Below are positions 1 to 8,682 of a stretch of DNA of 48,857 nt, piece after piece (within the stretch, counting starts at the first letter, position 1; each line of letters starts with the position of its first letter). The DNA comes from Candidatus Thorarchaeota archaeon (GTDB taxonomy: Archaea; Asgardarchaeota; Thorarchaeia; Thorarchaeales; Thorarchaeaceae): NCBI GenBank assembly GCA_011364985.1, contig RDOC01000001.1:422630-471486 (forward strand), given 5' to 3'. The translations under genes and the position numbers were made by a program. The notes beneath the pieces were generated by a model that was not told the origin of the DNA, did no database searches, and worked only from the letters and a program-made list of their open reading frames with translations.

Positions 1-2
1 CC

Positions 3-530
3 GTTTCCTCTAGAAAGAACACCCCGCTTGAAACTTCAGCAGGAATTGATGTGGTGTCAAATGAAATCGAGAAAATTGCCACAGATGACAGCACTAAGAT
101 ACTAACGGCATTGGATGACGAGAGCAATATGGTTGTTTGGATTAGCTACTATATTGGTTTTCCACTCATGGCCTTCATTGAGGGTTTTATGCCAGTAGTG
201 GATGAAGATTGTGATTCAGAAGAAATAGCAATGACCCTAATTGAAAAGGCATCACCGATTTTGGAAAAAAAGGGACAGGTAGTCGGATTTGCCATCACTC
301 GGTTGACAAACAATAAGGCAGAGATTGGCCCAGTTGGATTAGTTCCCGAGGAACGAGGAAAGGGACTAGCTAATTATCTCTTTGTGAATGCTCTTGAAGG
401 CGTGAAAGATGCCGGCATCAATACTGCATGCCTCGATGTGTCCATTGCCAATCACCCTGCCAGAAAACTGTACGAGAAGTACGGTTTCAAGAAAGCGTTT
501 AGCAAGCAGTTCTACTACTGGACGTCCTAG
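3..530 (+). CDS. GNAT-family N-acetyltransferase, 5'-truncated at window edge
   Basis: Frame open from base 3; acetyl-CoA motif VGLVPEERGKGLA and NHPARKLYEKYGF. Confidence 0.85.
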   Translation, partial: VSSRKNTPLETSAGIDVVSNEIEKIATDDSTKILTALDDESNMVVWISYYIGFPLMAFIEGFMPVVDEDCDSEEIAMTLIEKASPILEKKGQVVGFAITRLTNNKAEIGPVGLVPEERGKGLANYLFVNALEGVKDAGINTACLDVSIANHPARKLYEKYGFKKAFSKQFYYWTS

Positions 531-619
531 AGGAGGATTTTGAGGTCTTTCCTTTCGTATAACACATATCTTCGATGTACCCACTTGGTGACTTTGGGAT
601 TTTGTTTACGGAACTCATC
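531..619 (-). repeat. Highly degenerate copy of actin 3' end plus downstream hairpin (copy 5)
   Basis: Minus frame reads DEFRKQNPKVT vs actin [11 protein letters not shown]; aggaggattttgaggtctttcctttcg resembles aggagggcttcgcggcccaccttcg downstream of actin. Confidence 0.5.
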
Positions 620-672
620 ATTTTGGCATGTAAGCATGCCTTTTTCTCTCAACGCAAAATCTAAAAGCAAAT

Positions 673-704
673 GTTAGAAATATATAACGTTAGAAATATA
701 CAAC
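673..704 (+). promoter_or_regulatory. Tandem 16-bp operator-like repeat upstream of the membrane protein/XRE pair
   Basis: gttagaaatatataac followed directly by gttagaaatatacaac; each unit quasi-palindromic (GTTA-N8-TAAC/CAAC). Confidence 0.65.
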
Positions 705-708
705 ACTG

Positions 709-1053
709 GTGAGAAGCATGCAAATCAATCTAGTCAACTATCTTGGGTTTCTAGGGTTTCTTGGTCTACTAGGATTCGTAACTGGCAATGTTGGTTTTTT
801 GGGGTTTTTCGGGTTCTTCGGATTCCTAAGCATATTAGGAGGAAGGGGCTCTGATGAGCGAATTGAAAATAGCATAAATCGAGCATGCAGAAATGCCTAT
901 ATTGTGATTACTATTACCATGGTTTCTTCGCTGGTCTATGTTGTATCCTTTGATGCTATTCAGGCGTTTCCTTTGGTTTTCGCACTGCTTTTCATAGTTA
1001 GTATAATGGCCTTTGTGTTTTCATTCATTGTCTACAATCGACGTGGAGATTGA
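709..1053 (+). CDS. Small membrane protein, DUF3796-like
   Basis: [12 protein letters not shown]...GFFGFFGF repeats, DER motif, further hydrophobic helices; coupled to an XRE gene. Confidence 0.75.
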   Translation: MRSMQINLVNYLGFLGFLGLLGFVTGNVGFLGFFGFFGFLSILGGRGSDERIENSINRACRNAYIVITITMVSSLVYVVSFDAIQAFPLVFALLFIVSIMAFVFSFIVYNRRGD

Positions 1054-1256
1054 TTCATTTGATGACGACCAAGATGAAGAAGCTTCGTGAAGAGCATGGT
1101 TTGACACAGGAAGAGCTTGCTCGCATTGTAGGAGTGAGAAGAGAAACTATCATCTATCTGGAGAAGGGAAAATACAATCCCTCCCTCAAGCTAGCATACA
1201 AAGTTGCAAAGGCCTTGAAGAGCACAATAGAAGAGGTGTTTATTCTCAACAGTTGA
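1050..1256 (+). CDS. XRE/Cro-family HTH transcriptional regulator
   Basis: [38 protein letters not shown]. Confidence 0.92.
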   Translation: MIHLMTTKMKKLREEHGLTQEELARIVGVRRETIIYLEKGKYNPSLKLAYKVAKALKSTIEEVFILNS

Positions 1257-1295
1257 GAAGCAGAGCGAAATCGCCAATCCCCTTGCCTTGTTGTA

Positions 1296-1421
1296 ATGAA
1301 TGATAATGAGCTTAATCGTCTCACCGAGGGGGAAGATACAGCTGTCAGCATCCAATGGATACTCCTTCATCTCGTAGAACACGAGGCGCTACATGTTGAC
1401 CAAGACGCTTTGCTTAAGTGA
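1296..1421 (+). pseudogene. DinB-family C-terminal remnant
   Basis: Manual translation MNDNELNRLTEGEDTAVSIQWILLHLVEHEALHVDQDALLK* carries the DinB-type W-x3-H-x3-H-E-x2-H-x2-Q helix; N-terminal part missing. Confidence 0.65.
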
Positions 1422-1505
1422 CTTCAGAGAAATGTGTGGATACAATGGAATCTGCATTTGCTGATATGCCAAGGAATAATAAACCTTTGAGATTTCTGGG
1501 TTCTA

Positions 1506-1958
1506 ATGACGAATGAGTGCTCAGATATCACTGTCTGTGGCCAACGGCTTTGCACCCAATGTGATTATCACAAAGGAACGATTGTTGACGCAGCGAAGAG
1601 ATTGCTTGAATTTGTGGAGAAATATCAATCACTTGGCCTCATAGTGAAGACGTCCACAGATTATGACTATGAGCAGTTCACGAAATTGACTCAATGGCTG
1701 GCAAGCCAAGACAAGCCCTGTAAGGGGTGCCGTCAAGGTGGAGGATGGTCATGGTGGCCAGATTGCCCCGTTCGAGATTGCTGTCTTTCGAAGGGTCTTG
1801 ACTTCTGTTTTCAATGTGATGAATTCCCGTGTAATAAATTGCTTGAGGGTCCACTGATCGAAAGAAGAAAAAGAATCATCAGAGTAAATGAACAAATCAA
1901 ATCTCTTGGAATGGATGAATGGCTTAAACGCCTTCATGAATTCTACCGTAAGCAATGA
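1506..1958 (+). CDS. Cys-rich putative metal-binding protein, DUF3795-like
   Basis: CGxxxCxxC, CxGC and C-x4-CC-x7-C-x2-C-x4-C pattern. Confidence 0.8.
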   Translation: MTNECSDITVCGQRLCTQCDYHKGTIVDAAKRLLEFVEKYQSLGLIVKTSTDYDYEQFTKLTQWLASQDKPCKGCRQGGGWSWWPDCPVRDCCLSKGLDFCFQCDEFPCNKLLEGPLIERRKRIIRVNEQIKSLGMDEWLKRLHEFYRKQ

Positions 1959-2008
1959 GTGTTGAAGATCAACAAAGCCATCTTGCAGTTGTTCCTCCAT
2001 CTTGCTTC

Positions 2009-2111
2009 GTGAAGAAAGGGGACACGAGTCTCGCCATCTGTCATATTATGAGAGCTGTAAGTCTTGGATGTGCTTGTCGATGACTTCGGAACTTTGTTCT
2101 TCGAAGTTCTT
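2009..2111 (-). repeat. Degenerate copy of actin 3' end (copy 4)
   Basis: 2058-2111 matches 9561-9614 at 39/54 nt ungapped; minus frame KNFEEQSSEVIDKHI vs actin [15 protein letters not shown]. Confidence 0.8.
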
Positions 2112-2349
2112 TGAATAGGCAGTCACTCTAAAGAAACACTAATTACAAGGACTAATTACTCCCTGGGATTTCCAGTGAATGATAATCAAAACTGAAAACA
2201 GCATCAAATCAATTGTTTTTCGCCTTTAATCACAAAGTATCTCATATCCTAGCAATCTTCTTCACATCAAAGACGTGTGCAATAGATTCAATACATATTC
2301 CAGTTCTCATTAGAGTGATAGGGGTGCATGCATCAAGTGGGGACTATAC

Positions 2350-3621
2350 TTGACTGATGAATCATACACCAAAGGAACAAACAGCAGCAAACTGGACCAG
2401 CTGAAGGAAGATGCCAATTCGAACGAAAAAGTGCTTTTCTTGCTAAATCGATACACAGGGCTGGCACCCTACTTCCACGAGTTTGTAATAGGAAACTTAG
2501 ACCCCCAGATCCTGTCAGGATTTGTCAGTGCAATGTCCAGTTTCCTAGCCGAGTTCTTGGGGTTACAACAGCCAAGTTGGAAGACGACTTACGGTCCAGA
2601 TTTGACGCTTATTGCAGAAGCAGGAGAATGGATGGTGGGTGTTCTTGCTGTCTCAGTAGAAACCACCGATCTCAGAAGTCGTCTAAGAAGGGTTGTCTAC
2701 GAATTTGAAGAAACGTTCGGAGCTCTGCGTGACAGTGATGGCTTTGAAGGCACCGCATTCAACCAGTTTGACGAATACGTTATGAAAGCTTTCATGTCAG
2801 ACAAAATTGCCCCTCAATCGCTTGTTGCAAGAAGGCCTAGATGGAAGGAATACATTCAGCCATCAAAGAGCCCGCAAGTGTCATTCACAACGAGAAAAAT
2901 GCTGCTTGGTCTTGAAGAGGAAACTACAGCTTCCAACATAGCATATGAAAACTTCATGCCATTTAGAACGGCACGCGAGTACATACTCAAGGCCTGTTGG
3001 CAGAACTTGGTTAGCATCAAGTATGTTCCCACTCAAGAAGACATCTTGGATATAACTGAAGAGATTCTGACAATTGCTCTCGATGGGACCAATCCCTTAG
3101 GACTATCTTCTGCAGTGACACGACTGATTGGCCAGCTGAATGGACGTGATTCTCTATCCAGATTCATCAGCCAGATTCCAGCGGAGTCGCGGAACTCTCT
3201 TCTAAGAGAGCTTGCCGATCTCAACCTCTTAGGATATGTTCACAGAATCACCGTAGAACGTGAACTGGTTCTACTTGAGGAGTGCATAATCTCAAGATTC
3301 ATGCAAGCATGTGCCGACATGATGGATGGGAAAGACCTTCATAGCATGATTGCTGAGACTATCGATGAAGCAGTAGACCACAAGCCTTGGCTATCGAGGA
3401 CTACGTTGCTCGATGATCTTTCGATTACTTGTGCTTTACACGGGCAGATGTATCCAAGAGATTTGGACCAGATGTTTGATGCGCTAGAGTATTTCTTGAA
3501 TAGGCTCATTGAGAGGATCAATCCTATGATTGGTCAAGATAATGTGGATGACCTGCTTCATTACGCACGAAAACACTGTCAGGAAGATTACATTCCCGGA
3601 ATTGCTCGTAGTGTGCTCTAG
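2350..3621 (+). CDS. Asgard longin-like domain protein with C-terminal helical/wHTH-like region
   Basis: N-terminal LFLLNRYTG...DPQILSGFVSAMSSF...LRRVVYEFEETF pattern typical of longin-like folds. Confidence 0.6.
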   Translation: MTDESYTKGTNSSKLDQLKEDANSNEKVLFLLNRYTGLAPYFHEFVIGNLDPQILSGFVSAMSSFLAEFLGLQQPSWKTTYGPDLTLIAEAGEWMVGVLAVSVETTDLRSRLRRVVYEFEETFGALRDSDGFEGTAFNQFDEYVMKAFMSDKIAPQSLVARRPRWKEYIQPSKSPQVSFTTRKMLLGLEEETTASNIAYENFMPFRTAREYILKACWQNLVSIKYVPTQEDILDITEEILTIALDGTNPLGLSSAVTRLIGQLNGRDSLSRFISQIPAESRNSLLRELADLNLLGYVHRITVERELVLLEECIISRFMQACADMMDGKDLHSMIAETIDEAVDHKPWLSRTTLLDDLSITCALHGQMYPRDLDQMFDALEYFLNRLIERINPMIGQDNVDDLLHYARKHCQEDYIPGIARSVL

Positions 3622-3711
3622 CAATTTGCTGGCAGTGCTGGCACACATAAATGAAAAGCCAACCTAGCCTGAGTCACACATACGGTTTCGATTTCATTTC
3701 TTTCCTTCCAA

Positions 3712-3822
3712 CTGACCCCAACTTCCAAACCGCTGTTGCCCTTAGAAGCATCTGTCGATGATGCCTGCCTCTATCCCTCGAACTTCTTGCATGAGAATCA
3801 GCATATTCCTGTTGTCAAAGTG
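3712..3822 (-). repeat. Degenerate copy of actin 3' end (copy 3)
   Basis: 3741-3761 vs 9566-9586 17/21 nt; 3778-3790 vs 9604-9616 11/13 nt with a 1-nt offset; minus reading ends AGIIDRCF*. Confidence 0.7.
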
Positions 3823-3984
3823 TCTGGTTGTCTATTTCTGTCAAACTTTAAGAAGGAATTCTTTCACTAGTAATTGAACATAGAGGGGTTTCATAAAATG
3901 GCGATTCGGCTATTGTGCGATTCTTCGTCAGTAATGATTGCAATCATGAAACACCTCACAGATAGACGGAGGCATAATCTGTAA

Positions 3985-5577
3985 ATGACCAATGAAATCC
4001 TAATCACTGAAGACCGAGCTGCTATGAGTCACTACCATAAGAACATATACTTGGGTTTCGTGTCTTGTATCCCAGATAGGTTAGTTTCTAGGAGTCTCTA
4101 TAGAAGATACTTCGTCCCTCAGGTTCCCGTAGATAACTGCGGTAATGCGCTCATGGCGCCGCTACCTTTGCGCGCCGTCGAATCGGCATTGATTAATGGA
4201 GGATTCAGCAGAACCCAGATTTCAGTAGTGAGGTCAGACTTTTTGGAATCAAGAATCAACGAGGATACAAAGATCGTGGCTCTATCGAGTCATGATCCCC
4301 TCGGTCTGGGCCCAGCAACCACAACATGGTCTACAATCTTCGGAGGAATCCCACACAATAGATGGGAGTTCCTTGAGCTTCTCTCAACATTGATAAGACT
4401 TAGGCAGAAGTACGATTTCAAAGTCATATTAGGAGGAACAGGCTCTTGGCAACTTATACAAGACAATCTGTATGAGAAATGCAAGATAGACTATGTCTTC
4501 GTAGGTGAATCAGAGAATGTCATTCCTGAACTCTTCAAATCCATCATTGATGGATCCTATGATGGTGAATCTATAATTCGGGGTCAAGTCGTACGTCCTG
4601 AGAAGATTCCCCCTATTCTGGCACCGACTAACTGGGGACTGGTTGAAATCTCCAGAGGCTGCGGAAGGGGCTGCATGTACTGCTCTCCTACAGTATCCGG
4701 CAAACTACGAAGTTTACCGATTGACACGATTTTGAGAAGCGTTGCCGTTAACTTGCAAGCTCCATGGAACAGGTCAAAATCCATTTTGTTGCATTCTGAG
4801 GACTTCTTCAGATATGAATCGGCTGATAGAGAGTATAGGGTAAATGCAGATGCCATCTTTGGATTGTACGATTCTCTCTTTGAATTAGGAGCAAGGCAAA
4901 TCTACATCACTCACGCATCATTTGCCAACTTTGTGAAGGATGAGGACTTCATTGTTGAGTTCACTAAATACCTGCGTAGTCATGGAATGACGAGCTATGG
5001 ATGTCAACCAGGGCTTGAAACCGGTAGCACTCGTATGATGAAGGCTATGATGGCGGGGAAAATGAAACCCTATACATCAGAGCAATGGCCTTGGATTGTC
5101 CATGAGGCGTCAAGAATAATGGACCAGAATAACTGGTACCCTGTTGCAACCTTGATCATGGGACTGCCCGGTGAGAGTCATGAGGACATAGCAGCGACGT
5201 ACCACCTAGTTGAAGATCTCCAATCCTACAAGGCATTATACATACCTCTCTTCTTTGTTCCAATGACGAAAACCCGCTTAGAAGGTAGGCAGCAGTTCAT
5301 TTCGGAAAACATGAGCATGGAGCATTGGAGACTAATGGAACTGTGCTGGAAGCACAACCTTGAACACATCTATGACCTCTACAGAGTGGTTGACACCGAA
5401 AGCCCGCATGCTCTGAAGATATTCTTGAAGACTGCAGTAAGTGCGCTCAAAGCCCTTTTCAGCATAAAGAGAAGTGGAACCCTATCCAATAGCCCAAGAG
5501 CTCCAAGACTAGAAGACCTTGGACATACAAGTCCGTTGGAAATGACATCGCTAGACGAGGCTCGCTTTGCTGTCTAA
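3985..5577 (+). CDS. B12-binding-domain radical SAM protein
   Basis: EISRGCGRGCMYC (CxxxCxxC), ILGG...GESE cobalamin-binding-like region, GLETGS and IMGLPGE motifs. Confidence 0.9.
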   Translation: MTNEILITEDRAAMSHYHKNIYLGFVSCIPDRLVSRSLYRRYFVPQVPVDNCGNALMAPLPLRAVESALINGGFSRTQISVVRSDFLESRINEDTKIVALSSHDPLGLGPATTTWSTIFGGIPHNRWEFLELLSTLIRLRQKYDFKVILGGTGSWQLIQDNLYEKCKIDYVFVGESENVIPELFKSIIDGSYDGESIIRGQVVRPEKIPPILAPTNWGLVEISRGCGRGCMYCSPTVSGKLRSLPIDTILRSVAVNLQAPWNRSKSILLHSEDFFRYESADREYRVNADAIFGLYDSLFELGARQIYITHASFANFVKDEDFIVEFTKYLRSHGMTSYGCQPGLETGSTRMMKAMMAGKMKPYTSEQWPWIVHEASRIMDQNNWYPVATLIMGLPGESHEDIAATYHLVEDLQSYKALYIPLFFVPMTKTRLEGRQQFISENMSMEHWRLMELCWKHNLEHIYDLYRVVDTESPHALKIFLKTAVSALKALFSIKRSGTLSNSPRAPRLEDLGHTSPLEMTSLDEARFAV

Positions 5578-5639
5578 TTTTCACCTCAACGATTCAATAT
5601 ATGGCCCAGGTTGTTCACAACAACTCCAAAGAGGAGCAA

Positions 5640-5730
5640 GTGAAGGGTGGCTCCGTAGCCCGCCTTGGAGACTGCTGTAGCAGGTCTTAGACATACCTGC
5701 GGATGACCTCAGGTTCTTGCACTTCAAAGT
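5640..5730 (-). repeat. Degenerate copy of actin 3' end plus downstream hairpin (copy 2)
   Basis: 5681-5730 vs 9561-9610 40/50 nt; 5640-5678 aligns to the hairpin region from 9522; minus frame FEVQEPEVIRRYV*. Confidence 0.92.
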
Positions 5731-5761
5731 TGAAATTCCTCTCAGTAAATCTAAAGTATAG

Positions 5762-6463
5762 GTGACCTATATTATTGAACCTAAGTTGAAAGATAGCGAA
5801 TTCTGGGATGAAATGGAACAATACTATGATGAGAGGGCGTCAGAGTATGATCATGTCTATTCAGGGGAAGGCCCTGCATTTCCTGATCAAAACGCATACA
5901 AAAAGGATGCAAGGCAAATCAGTAGCATGGCAGAGAGATTCGGTAGAGGTAGTCTAGTTGATATTGCCTGTGGAACAGGGTTCTGGTTTCCCCATTATTC
6001 AGCCAACTGTGATCGGGTTACACTTCTTGACCAATCGAAGAATATGCTAGCGTGTTGCAGAAAAAGAGCTGAGAAAACTGGTCTTTCTGACAAGTGCACT
6101 TTCATTCTAGGTGACTTTTTTGAAGCAAAACTCCAAAGCGACTCATTTGATAGCGCAGTGGTTGGATTCCTTCTCAGCCACCTCAATCCCAATTATGAAC
6201 TAATGCTATTTCAGATATTAAGTAGGATAATGAAACCTGATGCGGAACTTCTCATCATCGATTCTGCATGGAGTAAACAACGTAGCCTGCATCGTCAAAA
6301 GACAGGAATACAGAAACGAGTATTAAATGATGGAAGAGAGTTCTGCATTCCTAAAAGGTACTTCAGCAAGGAAGAAATCTACGAGTTGTTAAAGCGAAAT
6401 GATTTTCGTATTTCCGAGCTCTACTTTGGTAATGCGTTTCTAGCAGTGATTGCAGTCAGATGA
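5762..6463 (+). CDS. Class I SAM-dependent methyltransferase
   Basis: LVDIACGTG motif I, LDQSKNML, GDFF. Confidence 0.9.
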   Translation: MTYIIEPKLKDSEFWDEMEQYYDERASEYDHVYSGEGPAFPDQNAYKKDARQISSMAERFGRGSLVDIACGTGFWFPHYSANCDRVTLLDQSKNMLACCRKRAEKTGLSDKCTFILGDFFEAKLQSDSFDSAVVGFLLSHLNPNYELMLFQILSRIMKPDAELLIIDSAWSKQRSLHRQKTGIQKRVLNDGREFCIPKRYFSKEEIYELLKRNDFRISELYFGNAFLAVIAVR

Positions 6464-6740
6464 CTGTTGTTTTTTCCGCTAGATTACTCTACTTGACAAG
6501 CTTTGCCATGTGTATTCTTGACCGCAATTGGACACCAAAAGCTGCGATGAGTGGCGAAGGAGGATATGTTATAGGGTATGTCTGTGAAGATACAGAAACC
6601 AGATCCCAATCGACCTTCTCAATGAATGTCACGAAGGCTGAATGGAATACTGTGTAAACCGTGACTCCCTCCTGCAAAGTGATATCGAAACTGGTATTGG
6701 ACGGATGTGTGTTGCAGAAGGGCACTCCCTCCGACTTCAC

Positions 6741-8615
6741 CTATTTCTTCCGCATCGCAACAACAGTAACGATGACAACAACTATGGCAATAGCCCCACC
6801 TGCCATCAAGAGCAACTCTGTGGGCAGTTCATCTGTGGTGGTTGTCGTTGTCGTAGTGGCACTCGTAGTCGTTGTTGTCGTCGTGACTATCCTCTCGACA
6901 TTTGCGAAGAAGTCAATCTTCAGAGAGAAAGAGATATGGTCGTCAGCCACATACTCATTTAGTGTGAAGGGGCCTCCGGTTACAAAGGGATCATAACCAA
7001 GAACAGGATCATATCCATCTCCTGTGCTGGGGTTCACTGCATCAAGGGCTCCTTCTGGAAAGATGCTGATATAAGCAAACTCCACCAGCAGCCAGAAAGA
7101 GGGATCTTCCTCAACTTCTATCCATAACTGATATGTAGCAGGAACATGGACTGATACAGCAAGCGGATATTCGTCGCGATCCGTGGCTGCATAGAAAGTT
7201 TCGATACTGTCAGCGGCATCAAGGGCAGTGATAGGACTACCGTCGGACCATGTCATTCCCTCTCGAATGCTGAAATGTATTCGCGTACGACCTACTGGAA
7301 CATCCCCGTTGTCATCATGGGTTTCCATCGTATACCCCGCAGCAAGCCAGGGGATTAGATTGCCATTCGTGTCAAGGTTCAAGAGTGGAAGCATGGTATG
7401 GCTCAGCACTCGCTTCTCTGCTCTGTCCGCCCGCCAGTAGGTGAAGGTACTTAGGTCTTCATCAATTCCAATCCGCAACGTCCCTCCAAACGGTCCTCCG
7501 GCAGTTGCTCGCAGTCTCGCGAGGTAGGTCCCCCATGGGAAGTGATATCCCCATGAAGATGTTGGGTCAGGGCGATATTCCTCGAAGCGGTCAGTCCTGA
7601 AAGCATATTTCTCTGTGGTACAGCCCACTGGTATGACAGGGCACTGCTCCAGTATTATCTCCTCCATTGATTTCACGACTGCACTGGCTTCCGCGAATGT
7701 TTCTGCTGATTCCAGCTCATCACATAACGAATCGTAGGTGGAATTGGTGAAATGCGGCCAGTTGTTCATAGAGAATCGTGAATCAAACTTCTTCAACTCC
7801 CTTCGTACATCATAGTACCAAGCGTATGTTAGAGAGTGGTGGAGAAAAGCGATGTCATAATCTGCTCCAGCCATCACCCGGGATCCTATGTCTTCGATTG
7901 GTGTGATTACGACGCTTCCATTTATTGAGATAGCATCCAAGGCATTGGCAAGAATCTGGGCGAAGTTTCCAAAGTAAATTCCTTGATCAGCAACCTCAAT
8001 CAGGACAGTTAGTGTATCCCCATTTGGTGCCTCTCGATGAGCGTTTCCTGAAACATCATCAAATCCCTCTTCATCAAGGATATTATTGGCTAGGATAATG
8101 CTTTCGTCATAGTAGACACCTCCCAAGTCTTCCTCTGCGGAAAAGGGAAGTGATGCAGGGAGAAATGTGTCTTGATGCTGGTAGGGGGTGGCCAACCAGG
8201 GGTTTGTCATGGTTGCTGCTGCTGCTACCTTATCTAGGGCCAAAGCAAAAGCTCTGCGGAAACCAGCTATGGTGAAGGGATATTTGTCACAGTTGACATA
8301 TAGAACACCCAACCCACTACCAAGGACTGTTTTCACCGTCACATCAGGGTCGTCTTCAAATGCAACATAGTAATCGTCTACTGACACGCCAATTAGGTCT
8401 ATCTCATTGTTCAGGAGCGCCTGGACTCGACCCCAATCAGAAGAGATGACTCTGTAGTTGATATTGTCCACATAACCCCCTTCTGTTTGACTTGAAAGTG
8501 TATAGTTAGCATCATTATGAAACGAATATCCCTCAATCGCGTTCTGCGGGCCCACGCCCACAAGGAGCAGTAGAACAGCCCCCATTGTTAAATAGACTTG
8601 TATGTTTTTCTTCAC
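6741..8615 (-). CDS. ABC peptide/nickel-type (family 5) substrate-binding protein, circularly permuted, with Thr-rich linker and C-terminal membrane anchor
   Basis: Signal peptide; FRRAFALALDK; GGTLRIG; REGMTWSDGSPITALD; TGGPFTL; poly-Thr, TM helix, RKK. Confidence 0.88.
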   Translation of the reverse strand: MKKNIQVYLTMGAVLLLLVGVGPQNAIEGYSFHNDANYTLSSQTEGGYVDNINYRVISSDWGRVQALLNNEIDLIGVSVDDYYVAFEDDPDVTVKTVLGSGLGVLYVNCDKYPFTIAGFRRAFALALDKVAAAATMTNPWLATPYQHQDTFLPASLPFSAEEDLGGVYYDESIILANNILDEEGFDDVSGNAHREAPNGDTLTVLIEVADQGIYFGNFAQILANALDAISINGSVVITPIEDIGSRVMAGADYDIAFLHHSLTYAWYYDVRRELKKFDSRFSMNNWPHFTNSTYDSLCDELESAETFAEASAVVKSMEEIILEQCPVIPVGCTTEKYAFRTDRFEEYRPDPTSSWGYHFPWGTYLARLRATAGGPFGGTLRIGIDEDLSTFTYWRADRAEKRVLSHTMLPLLNLDTNGNLIPWLAAGYTMETHDDNGDVPVGRTRIHFSIREGMTWSDGSPITALDAADSIETFYAATDRDEYPLAVSVHVPATYQLWIEVEEDPSFWLLVEFAYISIFPEGALDAVNPSTGDGYDPVLGYDPFVTGGPFTLNEYVADDHISFSLKIDFFANVERIVTTTTTTTSATTTTTTTTDELPTELLLMAGGAIAIVVVIVTVVAMRKK

Positions 8616-8682
8616 GTCTTTCCCTCAATTACACTGCTTTTGTTTGTGTTGCCCCCATTGTATAGTGCGGCTCTAAGCTAAA

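Noticed and set aside
1395-1450. Possible extra actin repeat around gtgacttc
   Set aside because: Only a ~7-nt core matches, flanks do not align, and it overlaps the DinB remnant.
6464-6740. Short overlapping ORFs or another repeat between the methyltransferase and the binding protein
   Set aside because: No motif, no convincing match to the actin repeat; some ORFs are antisense shadows of the Thr-rich linker.
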